Shown: piece after piece, positions 12,107-25,435 of the stretch | Layout: every line of letters begins with the position of its first letter | Numbering within the stretch: the first letter of the stretch is position 1 | Translations under genes and position numbers: made by a program | Assembly (NCBI RefSeq): GCF_001194135.2 | Contig: NC_068982.1 | Location: 32,326,627 to 32,390,626, forward strand | Origin: Octopus bimaculoides | Taxonomy: Eukaryota | Reading direction: 5' to 3' | Length of the DNA stretch: 64,000 bases | The notes under the pieces: generated by a model | Database searches by the model: none | Told to the model about the DNA's origin: nothing | What the model saw: the letters and a program-made list of their open reading frames with translations, nothing else

Positions 12107-13861
12107 CTGGAAAACAGTATTTGATTAACCTCACCTATTATTAGACATTTTGCTTTTTGTTGTTGTTGTTGTTGTTATTTAGGAAGAGTTTTCTTCTCAG
12201 AGTATTTTTGTTTGTTTGTTAGTGCATGTCTGTATGGTGCTGTTTTTAATTTTTTTTTTTTTTTATTTAATGAGAAGTTTGGAATAGTTTTGTCAACAAC
12301 ATAAGAGATAAAAATAATTTCCTACAGCAATGATAAATTAATCGTTTTTTTTAATATGGCGAGCTGACCAATTACTCTATTTGTTTTAATACCACAGCAC
12401 CTGGTCCTTTGGTTGTCTTTGGCAAAGTTCATTTAACTGAAAGCAGAAGGTCCAGCCCCTCTCTCCTCCGGATTCTTCTCCACCTGTATTTATTGTCATC
12501 TAGAAATTACTCTGTTCAGGCTGGACATCAGCAGCATCATTCTGGTGGAACCTGTTACTTCTCTCTTATTTGACTTATGAAAACAGAAAAATAGTTTTTG
12601 CTTATCTTTGAACAGCTAAAACTTAATTCTTCAAAGCATTTAAAATGACTGAATTAATTTATCATGGGCAATTTGTCCATCCTTTTATCAGTTCCATCAC
12701 CCTTTGCTCTTTTTTGACAAATAATTGTCTGTTACAGTGGCATGAGGATAGAAATATAGGAGCAGTCTATAGGTAATTGGATAAACACATTGTATGCTAT
12801 GGATATTTATTTTTATCAACCTTAGAATATTCGATGGAAAAGTTGAATTACACACAATTTGAAATAGAAAATACAGTATATTTTCTGGCATACAAGGCAA
12901 ATTTTTCAGACCAAAATTTACAGTAGGGCAATGCAGGTCATCTTATACATCAAAATGACTTTGGAACACCAAAACTTTCATGTGAAATGCACCAGGATTT
13001 GAAAAGATAGTGATGATGTTTTAATGTTAACTCTATATACAAGGCTGACTTGTATGCTGGAAAATACAGTAAAGAGAAATAACTGCATGCTGCAAGCCTT
13101 TAGTTCAAAATCTTACTGTTTTCTTTTTTTTTTTTTTTTACCAAATTCCATGGCTCTCTAAATAATGATATTGGTCATAGTGATTCCTAACATTGATATA
13201 AGGTCATAAATTTTCTGGTGAGGGTATAGTTACTTAACCCAGCATCAGTATACTGATGGTAATTATTTTGTTACTCTTGAAGTGCAAAAACTGGAGTAGG
13301 TCTTGATGTAGTGGATTTGAAACCAGTATGTAAGGAGAAATATAAGGTATTTTTGTAGTGTTCAACTATTTCTGCTTTTCAGTTATGAAAATAATAATCA
13401 ATTTTCTCATAAGCACTAAGCTAAAAATGTATGAGGCAGAAAATAACCAATTAAATTTATTATACAGGCAGAAGATCAGAAATTTAAGTGTAAGTGTTGG
13501 TTGATTAAATCTTGATTTCTATTTTATCTTATCAATTCCATGAGAATAAATGGTAAAGTTAACTTCAATAAGATTTGAAGTGAACACAAAGAGACAGAAA
13601 AGATATTGGTTTCAAATTCTGGAACAAGGCCAGCAATTTCAGGGGTGGGGCTAAGTCTATTACATCAACCAAAGTGCTCAACTGGTACTTATTTAATGAC
13701 CCTCTAAAGGATGAAAGACAAAGTTGACCTCAGCAGAATTTGAAGTCAGAACATAAAGACAAGTGAAATACTGGTAAGCATTTTGCCTGACATGCAAACA
13801 ATTTTGCCACTTGCTGCCATAGTAACAGAATAAAGATTACAAAGTATTTCGTCAGACACTA

Positions 13862-14452
13862 AAAGTTCTAAGAGGTAATGTTTATTGCCACTTAAACATA
13901 GTTGTTCCATAGGAACCAATGTTACTGCTATTTTTAACCACAGGAGAATACCTCCTCAGGTTTGGTTGTTTGATGCAATCTGCACCCAATATATATTGCA
14001 AGCAGAGGAGCATCTTCTATCCACGTGACCACCTGACCATGGTCATCTTCAGTGGTGGATACTCATCCACTAGAGATAGCAGTAGTTCACAATGAGTGGT
14101 CTCATAGCTGAATCTATTTCAAATTGTGTGTTATTCAACTTTTCCATCAAATTATTCTATGATTGATAAAAATAAATACACATAGCATACAATGTGTTTA
14201 TCCAATTATCTATAGACTGCTCCTATATTTCTATCCTCATGCCACTGTAACAGACTATTATTAGTCAAAAAAGAGCAAAGGATGATGGAACTGATAGAAT
14301 GATGGACAACTGTCCTGCCTGCAATATATATCAGGTGCTGATTGCATTGAATAACCAGCTGGAGGTCTTCTCCTGGGGTTAAAAATTACAGTAACATTGG
14401 TTCCTATGGAACAGCCATGTTCAAATAGCAATCAATATAACCTCTCAGCTTT
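13862..14452. mobile_element. MITE with ~140-bp terminal inverted repeats
   Basis: GTTCCATAGGAACCAATGTTACTGCTATTTTTAACCACAGGAGAA (about 13904) is the reverse complement of TTCTCCTGGGGTTAAAAATTACAGTAACATTGGTTCCTATGGAAC (about 14368-14412). An inverted copy of its internal part lies at 12673-12868. Confidence 0.85.
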
Positions 14453-16764
14453 CATCTCTTATAGAGATTTTCTAGCTAGCTAATTTACTAAAAGTTTTAT
14501 TCTACAAAGTTACCACCTTATTAAAAATAATAACTATAATAATTTTACTTTATTACTGAAATAACAATATTGACAATGATGACTTGAGTACAATATCAAG
14601 ATTTATAAGGAAGAGGTATAGTGTACTGAATCAACTATAGTGTTTTACAAGTATTTATTGAATCCTGCTATACGATAAGCAGACAGGACTTGTATGTGGA
14701 ATCATCATCACTCAGAAAGGTGTTTTTTATGTGCCACCTGCACGGGAGCCAGTCCAGTGGTACTGGCAAAAACCTTGCTCGAATGATTTTCTAATGTGCC
14801 ACCAGTACAAGTGTTAGAAGGCAACGTTGGTAACGATTACGTTCTAATGGTGCTATTTACGGGCCACTAGCACGGAAGCCACATACATATTTATTTATTA
14901 TGCATACTCAGTGGTCCATCTACCAAATCCACTCACAAGGCTTTGATTGGTCTTCTGCTATAGCAGAAGACACTTGCCCATGGTGGAACGAAACAATGTT
15001 GTTGGAATGCAAACTTCATTCCACTTTGGAATGATAGAGTTAATTACAACCAGGCATTTAGTTTGACACTGTAACATTTCTACAAAATATTCCTTTGAGA
15101 AGGGGATAAATATTCAATGATAAAATTTCATTTGACACTTTAAATTTGCAGATAATATCATTCCACATTACTTATATGATTCCTTCTCTTGAGAATGGTT
15201 TGCACATCACAAACCATGTTTTCATAAGGACCTTAACAACGAACTTGAAATGAATAGACAACAATCAAGAACTGAAATGGAGCAAATAATAATTTCTGTT
15301 ACCTCAGCATGAAACAAGTTTATGCCTTGAATCAATATAGGCAATCAACTATTCATTTATTCTTTTATGGGTTTCAGACTTTGGACTTTAGCCATGTTGT
15401 AGCAGCATGTTATTGAGGTTTTAGTAGATTTTATCAGTCTCAATACAAATTCTGGCACTTATTTTGACAATCTCTATTTATCAAATGGCTAATTCATGTC
15501 ATAGGATGAAATTCAATATAAAGTATCTTTGTTTGAAACACCTATTTACACACGTTCATACACACAGATCTATGGATATACATACATATGTAAGAGGTTT
15601 CTGTACAGGTGTTGTCTTATAATTTTTAACTCACAAGACAGAAGCCAACCAAAGTTATGACAGAGAATGCTGAACCAGGAACCACATGATGACACAGTAA
15701 ACGTCTTAACTATATGACCATCCTCTCCCCACTGAATAATTATAAATTTAAAATTTTGGCACAAAGCCAGCAATTTCAGGGGAGGGGTTAAGTTGATTAC
15801 ATCAGTTCCAGTGTTCAACTGGTACTTATTTTATAACCCCAAAAGGATGAAAGGCAAAACAGACCTTGGTGGAATTCAAACTCAGAATGTGAAGATGGAC
15901 GAAATTGTGCTAAACATTTCACCTTGCATATTAACAATTCTGCCAACTCACAGCTTTGCCCCACCCACACCACTTTTTCTCCCAGAAGAACAAAAGAGCA
16001 GATTGACTATTGCAAAATTTGGACATGAAAGTAGATATGGTACTAAATATTGTAAAATTTGTCTTTTCTTTAGCTCCCAATTAACAGTAACAATTTCTTA
16101 TATCGGCACCAGTCCACATAATTTATATGGAAGAGGTTTCGTTCCACTTCTGGAAGAATGAGAACCACTGAGTATAGAAACAATAGTTTTGCTTCACCAG
16201 TGTTATTTACGGCTTCTATCTTGGGCCAAAGAGAGAGCCTTATATGTATTCACTTGACTTGACAGAAATAACAAAAACTCTGTCAAATCACATCCTACTG
16301 TTTAAAAAAGAAAAGGTGGTTCTATATACACCTATCACAAGAAAAAATTGGAATCATCCAAGCTGAAAAACTTTCATCATAGGCTTGTTCAAGGTGACAC
16401 TGGTCTGGGACAAAACAATATCTGTTTCTATTGACATCACCTTGTTAATTAATTATATCAACTAAGTAATAATTACTTAATGACAAAAAGGCAATGATTT
16501 GGCAGAATTATTAGAATGTCAGAAAAAATGTCTTACTGATATTTGTTCCATTTCTTTAGATTCTCCTTTCAAATCCCACTGTGATCAACTTTTGCCTTTT
16601 GTCTCTCTGGAGTTAATTAAGTGAAGTAATAGTCATGTGCTGGGGTCAGTATAAGTGACTAATCTCTCCCCTCAAAATTACTATATTGCATCTAAATCCA
16701 AAACAATAATAGTTTCAAATATTTTGGCATAAAGCCAGCAATTTTAAGAAAGGTAGGAAGTGAA

Positions 16765-17140
16765 GGTGCATGGCTCAGGGATTAGAGCATCAGGCTCACA
16801 ATCATGAGGCAGTGAGTTCAATTCTCAAATCAGGTTGTGTGTTGTGTTCTTGAGCAAGACACTTTATTTCACTTCACTCAGCTGTAGAAATGAGTTGTGA
16901 TGTCACTGGTACTAAATTCTATCAACCTATGTCTTTCCTTTGGATAACATTGGTGGCATGGCTGGCGTNNNNNNNNNNNNNNNNNNNNNNNNNNNNNNNN
17001 NNNNNNNNNNNNGGGGGGGGGGGGGGAGGTTGATATGCATGGGCGACTACTGGTCTCCCATAAACAAACTTGCTCAGACTTGTGCCTTGGAGGGAAACTT
17101 TCTAGGTGCAATCCCATGGTCATTCCTGACCAAAGGGAGT
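16765..17140 (+). mobile_element. tRNA-type SINE, family D (head GCATGGCTCAGTGGTTAGAGC)
   Basis: It has a tRNA-like head and the body GTTGTGTTCTTGAGCAAGACACTTTATTTCAC. Homologous copies lie at 43680-44020 and 55805-55950. Confidence 0.85.
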
Positions 17141-17539
17141 GTTTGGGAAGTAGATTACATTGACTGCAATTCTCAACTTCAAAAGGATGAAAAGCAATGT
17201 CAGCCTCAGTGGAACTTGAACTCAGAACACAAAAAGCAAGAAAATATGCCACTAAGCATTTTGTCACAGATGCTAATAAATCTGCCAGCTTGAAACCTTA
17301 GAGAGAATAATCCTGAAATTTGTGGGGAGGAGACTAGTTGATTTCATCGATGCCAGTGTTTCACAGATACTTAATTTATCGACCCCAAAAGGATGAAAAG
17401 CAAAGTCGACCTTGGCAACATTTGAACTCAGTACATAGCAACGGAGGAAATACCACTAAGCATTTCGTCCAGCATGCTAACAATGACAACATCAATAGAA
17501 TTTTTATATTAGGATTAAGTCTTTGATTTTATCAAATAG

Positions 17540-17850
17540 TATTTGTGTCTTGCAAACAACTGGCTACCAGTCAAGAACTCCGCATACCGGAAGCCAGCAA
17601 GTGTATGGGGGTCATCAGGAGAGAATGCGCGCCATTTCGGGGCCTACCTCTCGATGGCATCAATGCGCACCGCCCCCCCCTCACTGATATGAGGCCCCGC
17701 TTGCTAGATCAACTGGTTATTAAAAACAAAGCTCAATATTTCTCTAGTCATCTCTCATCGTCTCTTTTTAACCAAATCCAGTCTCAGTGCACCACTTGTA
17801 CTTGCATTGTGATGTACTGCACACACCGAAACGTTTTTCAATCATTTTAA
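17540..17850. other. Isolated CpG/GC-rich island of unknown function
   Basis: CpGs are dense (CCGCATACCGG, TGCGCGCC, TTCGGGG, CACCGCCCCCCCC) within very AT-rich DNA, and the segment does not match any repeat family seen elsewhere in the window. Confidence 0.5.
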
Positions 17851-20228
17851 TCTGCAAACATATACTTAATAGGCAGCATAGCTTTGAATTTAAAATATTT
17901 TTGCTTAAAGCATCAAATACTTGGGGAAAATTTAGAGACAAAGTTGCTTGCAGCATATTATCATTTTCTTATCATCCAGTCAACATAAGGTGTGTAATAC
18001 AGGAAAGGAGTGGATGTTGGACAGGGATTTTTCATCTAATCCATTTTGGTAATATACACAATTTCTTATTTATATCACTTTCGACTTAGAGGCATCCTGC
18101 AAATTACCTGGAGCTTAGCACAGTGTTGATAATATTAAAACGTTCACAGCCATTACACCACTACAAACACTATTTGAGGTTGGTTGTTAAACCTGTGAGA
18201 AATCACACATCTTATAATGTGTGATGTTTTAGATGTTGTTTCAGGTATACTGAACCTGAACCTGAACAAAAGAGATAACATGGTCATGGTTAGCGTACCT
18301 TTCATCATAGGTCTACTCAAGTAGGCATGAGTTGGAGTTAAATGACAGCAATATACTAATAATCCTGACTAGTCTAGGCACAAAGCCTGAAATTTGTGGG
18401 GAGAGGATAGCTGTTTACATCCACTCCAGTATTCGACTGGTACTTTAGCCTCATGCTGGCAATGACAAGCGACTGAGACCTTTGGCAATATGCCATGCTT
18501 GAGAAGACCAATCAAGTCAAGTGAGATCGTAATCATGGCCGATGCCAGTGTTTTGTAATTGGCACCTGTGCCAGTGGCATGTAAAAAACACCTACTACAC
18601 TCTTACAGTGGTTAGCATTAGGAAGAGCATTCAGCTGTAGTAAACAGGCCAAATCAGATTGGAACCTGGTGCAGCTCCCCAGCTTACCAGCTTTCAGTCA
18701 AACTGTCCAACCCATGCCAGCATGGAAAACAGGTGCTAAAGGATGATGATGAATGTAAAGACGGGTGAAATACTGCTAAGCATTTTGCCTGGTGCGCTAA
18801 CGATTCTACCCACCTACTGCCTTCTGCAATATACTAATCATAATAATAATGGTAATTTCTCTTCTAGGAGACAGGTCAGAAAAATGTGTTTGGGAGCTAT
18901 GGAGTGCTTCAATATGAGGGTTTTGCTCTATAAGAGGACCTGCATGCTCCCTAACTACCTTGTTTTAGTCACATGTTCAATATCTGCCCATATATCTTTG
19001 AGGGCTCATTCCACTTGGGTGTATGTTGCTGTTTCCAGACATCAAGTTTTTACCAATGCACAGTAATACAGTACCATTTTCCAGGCAGCTGTTGCCAAAA
19101 TCTCAGCTGAGCCTTCTTCCCTTTTCCTTTCACAAGTTTTCCTACCTGATTAGGCATGCTTCTTATTAAGATGAGTGTGAAGTATTTTTATTCACTTTAC
19201 CACATTCCCAGCAAAATACTACCTACACATGGAATCACACCCACCATTTACTTTCTTGTCTTCATTATTGTTGCTTTGCTGCTGTCATTTTGTTGCTGCT
19301 GTTTTTATTACTACTGCCATGTTGTTACTGCTGCTACAGCTGCTGTTTTTGCTATAGTTGTTGTTGTTGTTACTGTTGTGATTGCTGTTCCAATATTTGT
19401 CAGTTTTGCCATTTTCACTGCTTACATGTGGCAGTCAAGTTGGTCGTGTTTAACTTGAGGTAAGAGGATCTACCATTAATCAATCTCTTCGTCAGAGAAA
19501 TTATTTCCCCCTCCCACCACTTCATACAGTTTAGTGGGTGTGAATTAAGCATTAAACAATTATGCTATGATGAAATTATTGCTGTAAGTGAGGTGCTCTT
19601 AAGCCCTACACTTACTGCCCCACCCCTTTTCACAGAGTGAAGTAGGGTTCTCCATTGAATGAAATATGAGAAAAAAACATTCAAACAAAAAGTATTTCCA
19701 ACAAAATCAACTAACCTTTTACAAGACAAAGACAAACACATCCAACAAATAATATTAATAATAAACGGAACAATAACAATGATAATAACAGGGATATTTT
19801 TAATGACAATATCATAGCTATTTATTTGCAAGACAGTAATGTATTGTAGCAACTGCTTTGTCAAATTGTTTGTAATTTTCGCCACCAGTTAAAGTTTTAC
19901 TTCAGGAATACAATGTCTCTTGTTATGGATGCATTCAGTTCCATAGCAACATCACCAGTTGCTGCTGTGTTATATGGCCACAACTAAAACAGTCAGTCTT
20001 CCACCAGAATATTATGTTCTTGCCACAATTGTTTTAGGTGCTAATTTTGCTATTAATAAATACATACATACATACATACGTGTGTGTGTGTGATTATTCG
20101 GTCTGAATTGAAACAAATGTAGGATTATAATATTCATGTTATAAAATAATAATAATGGTAGTAATAATATAATGCTATGTTAATAAATTAAAATGTGTCA
20201 ATCGTAAATCTCCATTTCTTTTTTCATT

Positions 20229-20260
<32 letters not shown>

Positions 20261-20322
20261 AGTACATATGTATGTGTGTATATATATATATGATCAATAA
20301 ATATAAGTATATATGTATTTGA

Positions 20323-20363
<41 letters not shown>

Positions 20364-21929
20364 TATATGTATGTAGGTGTATGTATGTATATATATATAT
20401 ATATATATAGTCATTTAATTCAATTGTACCTGCACTGAATCAAAGAGTTTACTATGATTGTTGACTCTCTTTAAAACATTCCTCTTGAAACAAACAAGTA
20501 AACTAGAGCAGCGGAGAATAATGGTCCTTCTTGACTAGACACATAGACTGATGATGTTTTATTCACCAGTTTGTGGCTCTAAACATTTCTTTAGCTCATC
20601 AAACATTGGAAACAGTTGATTGATCAATCAAAAGTGGTATTTCATTGGTCTATCGAAGTTTGTAAATATTCCCTTGGTTTATGACTTAAAACGTCAATTC
20701 TTTGTTGGTTTTGACATTATTTTAAAGACTGTTAAGCAACTCACTTGTAATGCTTTTCTTTTTTATGTTCTAGCAGAAAATATAAACCTACACACACACA
20801 CACACATATAGTCACACACATACAAAAACAGATATATGTTTTACCCAAAAAGCTGAATTACAATTAAAAAAATTGGTAGGTGTTATTGCCAGTAATATTA
20901 CACAAGTGAATTCAAAGACCTAGCCTCGAATGATGTAACAGGGCTATTAATAATGACAACAATTTGATGGTTGCAAACATTTCATTGATTTGTTGATAGT
21001 TGTAGACATTTTATTGGTCTCTGGGTGATTCTAGCCATTTGATTGTCTGAACATTGCTCTGATCATTTCCTTCCTTTATGGATGGCTAAACATATATTCA
21101 TATTTCTACAGTGCACCAGCCAATATTTTTGTACATATAGTAATGATATTTCTATAGCATATTTTCAATGAGTTTCTTTGAGTATTGAGACTTGTCAGTG
21201 TGAGCATTTTGTCAATGCTCACAAATGTTCGTGCATTTTACAATTCTGTTTATAAATGTAGTCTTTAGATTAGTTTGCTCATGGCTTTAGGTATATTTAT
21301 TTTGATATTGTTATATCTTCAACTGTTTCTCTGAGTTTATACGTATTTATACATGTGTGTATACTTGAGAGACATCACATCATCTTTTTTCTTTCATTTT
21401 GTCTTCTTTTATTTTCTCCTAGACATTATTCTACTTGATATGTTATTTCAAGCTCTAAGTGGACAATTATCAATATTTTAGTTGCTGTATTAAAATCAAT
21501 GAGAATATTTTGCAACTTTCAAGTTATATATCATACATGTTATGGTTATTTTCAAAGCTACATTGTTTCAGTCATTTTTGCCATCTCTTTGCCACTACAT
21601 ATAATAATCACATTGGTTGGTAATCTTTAATTGTTTTGCTAAGATAGCAGTGTTAAAAAAAGAGTTATGGTGAATATAAGGATGATTGTATCAGGATTGT
21701 TCTCTTTAGACAAACCATAAAGTAAAATTACACATGTAAGCTTGTAGCATATAGGACTGACTTCAATATATTACAGCCTAGCAGAATGAAAATTCGAAAT
21801 AATTTAAACTTAAACCTGCAAAGCTGTCAAACTTTGGATCTTGTAAACCACTCAGTATAACTTTATTAACACAATCAAGGCCAACTATCATTCTAATGGC
21901 AATGAATAATAATAATAACGATAACAATA

Positions 21930-22700
21930 ATTCAACTCTAGGCACAAGGCCTGAAATTTTGGGGAAGGGGGCTAGTTGATTACATCGGCCCCAGTGCACA
22001 ATTGGTACCTATTTCATCGACTCTCAAAAGGATGAAAGGCAAAGTTAACCTTGGTGGAATTTGAATATGATAATAATATTGTAACTTTAACATCGCACTA
22101 TCATCTTATAATCAAATTACTTTTTAGAACAAACTTCTAATTGTCTTATGTTTTTACCGACATCCTCTAGAACAATACTTTATGCAAAACCAAAAATATG
22201 GCTCCCTAGTCATAACACCAACTTGAAGTCTTTGGCCGAGACTTCAAAGCAAAAGCCAAACATATAATGATAATAATAATAATAATGATTGAAATTTTGG
22301 CACAAGGCCAACAATTTTGGGGGAAAGGGTAAGTCAATTACATCAACCCCTGTTCTCACCTAGTACTAATTTTATCGACCTTGAAAGGATGAAAGGCAAA
22401 GTTCACCTCAGCCAGATTTGATTTCAGAATGTAAAGATGGACAAAATGCTGCTAATCATTTATCCTGGTGTTGTAACAATTCTGCCAGCTCACCACATAA
22501 TAATAATGATAACAGTAAATATAATAATTTCTTTCATATTGTCTAAAACCACAAATTTCAAAGAGGGGTGTAGTCAGTTTATTTAACCCCAGTACTTGAA
22601 GCACAAGTATGAAAGGCAAATTTCAACAACAGCGTCCAAAGATATAAAAGCATTGAGACATAACTGTGTATTGCAAAGCATATTTATCCAGCACGGTACT
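21930..22700 (-). mobile_element. Three head-to-tail family B SINEs separated by (AAT)n
   Basis: The segments GGCACAAGGCC..AATTTTGGGG and GGATGAAAGGCAAAGTT recur at about 21940, 22300 and 22560. Confidence 0.8.
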
Positions 22701-22959
22701 GATTCTGAACCATCACATGTCTAATAATAATTAATAATAATAATAATAATGACTAAAAATAATAATGACAACAGCATTAATAGTATCAAAAACAATTTCA
22801 ATAATAGAAGAAAGGAAAATGTGAGATAAATGTGAGACAATACATAAGGAGCAAAAGAAAATGACACCTATATACCAATGCTGGATGTAGTGCCAGAGCA
22901 TGCTTACTGTATATATTGTGTTAATACAGTGCTAAATGCATGTCAACAAAATAAAATTA

Positions 22960-22972
22960 AATGTAAAACAAA

Positions 22973-23022
<50 letters not shown>

Positions 23023-23158
23023 AATGAATGTGTATATTATACACATTCTTTTGCTGGATACAGGCAACTAGCTGTGCATATATATATGTATATGTATCAA
23101 AAGTATATATCTGTGTGTGTAGAAATATATATATATCAAATGTTTATATATATGTATA

Positions 23159-23201
<43 letters not shown>

Positions 23202-23640
23202 ATATATATTATAAAATGTGCATATATAATTGCTTATATAATGTGTCTGTATATATACCAAATTTACATATATATATATGCATGTATGTATATATATATA
23301 TATATCAAATGGATGTATATATATGTGTGTGTGTATAAATATATGATGTATATTATATATATGCTATATAGATATATCAAATGTATATGTATTATATGTA
23401 TATAGTATATATTATATATGATATATATATTATACATAGTTATATGATATATACTATACACATATATATGATATATATTATACACATGTATATTATATAT
23501 ATCATACATATACATATATTATATATATAGTGTATATTTTATGCATATGTATATTATATATACCTTATACCCACACACACATACATACACATGAGAAAAC
23601 ATGTTTAAATACATATGTATGATGCATATGTATTTTAGTG
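22960..23640. repeat. Complex (TA)n/(TG)n/(CA)n microsatellite
   Basis: Low-complexity dinucleotide tract that produces the YIYI/CVCV pseudo-ORFs. Confidence 0.95.
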
Positions 23641-24037
23641 TTTATATCTGGATTGCTCCAAAATGCAGTCCTTTATTGGAGTCCTATCTCATTCTCTATT
23701 TCCTCCATTTTTTCTCCAATATTTAACTTATTTTTGACATGACATTTACTTTAGCAATGTTTCTATAAATAGACATTTTTCTTTTTTTTTTCCTTTTCCA
23801 TTTTGCATCCTAAAATGATTTCGTCAATTGTTTTTTGTTTCCAGTGTTTTCAATTTTTTGTTCACATTTTGTCTGTGATATAGTGAATATTATATATTTT
23901 TTTAATTTAAGAATGATTTAATTTTTTTTTTTCGATTTTATATTTTAACTTTTTAAATATTTTTTACTAATTTTTTTGCAATAAATCTGTGACAAAAACA
24001 AATTGAAAATTAAAAAAAAAGGAAAAAGGTTGGGCCA

Positions 24038-24201
24038 TCATGACCGTATACGGTTGCGCTTTCTAGAATTTATACTGATTCCTTGACATGTATTACAGCA
24101 GATTTGGTTGACGAAGACATGCTTGCAGCGACCTCTTTCCCTGAGCTTGCGACATAAGTTAAGATTTTCGTTTTCAGGTTTCCCACATTTAAAAGAATTG
24201 C
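24038..24201 (-). CDS. Terminal coding exon encoding a PLAC domain (ADAMTS/ADAMTS-like/papilin-type C-terminus)
   Basis: The acceptor ttctctttctttattaacag| is followed in phase 1 by NSFKCGKPENENLNLCRKLRERGRCKHVFVNQICCNTCQGISINSRKRNRIRS*. The spacing C-x10-C-x8-C-x8-CC-x2-C-QG matches PLAC (cf. the ADAMTS6/10 end ...CCKTCQGH, recalled). The ORF track missed it. Confidence 0.85.
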
Positions 24202-24469
24202 CTGTTAATAAAGAAAGAGAAAAGAATATACAGAAATGGTCTTAATAAATTAATTAAATTATAAATAAAACAGTTTTTGTTTGAGGGTCAGAAGGAAATG
24301 TTCTAAATTAATTTCAATGATTTTCAGAAAAAGAAACACAATTAGCTATTACTTTCTTAGTTGTTTTAAATGATTTGATGTAAAAAGCAAAATTTCAAAT
24401 GTCTCTTCACTAGATTTGATCATTCATTTAGTTATTATTATAATAAGTATAATTATTATTATTAAGGCA

Positions 24470-24880
24470 ACAAAGTCAGCAAGCTGACAGAATCATTAAC
24501 ACACCAGGCAAAATGCTTTGTGGAATTTCATTTGTCTTTACATTCCACTGATATCCACTTTGCATTTCCTCCTTTTGGGGTCAATAAAATGAGTACCAGT
24601 TGAGAATTGGAGTCGATGTAATTGACTCCTTCCCTTCCCTAAACTTACTGGCCTTTGCCAAAATTTGAAATCATTATTATTAAAGTAGTACACTGGACAA
24701 ATTAACTTAGCAGCACTTTACATTCTGAGTTCAAATTCTACCTAGGATGACATTGCCTTTCATCCTTTTGAGATTGATAAAATAAGTACTAGTTGAGCAC
24801 TGGGGCTGATGTAATCATCTAGCCTCCCTCTCCCTTAAAATCCTTAAAACTGCTGGCATTGTGCCAAAATTTGAAACAAT
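24470..24880 (+). mobile_element. Two tandem family B SINEs
   Basis: Both contain TTCTGAGTTCAAATT...GCCTTTCATCCTTT.G and end in GCCAAAATTTGAAA(ATT)n. Confidence 0.8.
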
Positions 24881-24904
24881 TGTTGTTGTTATTATTATTA
24901 TTAT

Positions 24905-25435
24905 CATGAGAGCAATTCATGTCATCAAAGTGACACTGTGGTAGAAATATACAAAGCCCAATATACCCATCATGACTACCCGTCTGATAAGGGTACACCA
25001 GGCACATGCATATGTGTGTGCGACATGGTGATCTCATATCAAGATAAACAGCACATTACCTTGCAGGTAGGATCCCGTTGGAATTTTCTTCAGGTCGAGT
25101 AGCCCATCCCAATCAAAAGGTCTCTAAATAAGGTTTGTTTAAGGGTGATGAATAAAACACCAATTTTTCCAGGAGTGAATTATTCAAACCACAACGAATT
25201 CCTCCCAACATGGCTATGATACCCTCCCACTACTCCTACTCATGATCAGAGATGCACATATCATCAGCCACTGATGGACATGCTCAACTAGTTATGGTCA
25301 GGCAACTGACAAGCAAATCTGTGGTACTACACAGAATATTTGTTGTAGCCCATCTTTTATAAGGAGACAAATCCTGTGCTTTATAACACTCCCAATTAGT
25401 TGAGATCAGAAGCCATGAGAGCCACTGCCTGGTAT
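24905..25435 (-). mobile_element. ~520-bp retroposon-like repeat, family E
   Basis: It is the reverse complement of the copy at 54794-55310 (CAGTGGCTCTCATGGCTTCTGATC...TCTGCTCAATACCACAGATTTGCTTGTCAG) and ends in (AAT)n. Confidence 0.8.

Noticed and set aside
18108-18192. Minus-strand segment with good acceptor and donor
   Set aside because: There are stop codons in all frames.
4276-23515. Numerous YIYI/CVCV/HTHT ORFs
   Set aside because: Translations of dinucleotide microsatellites.
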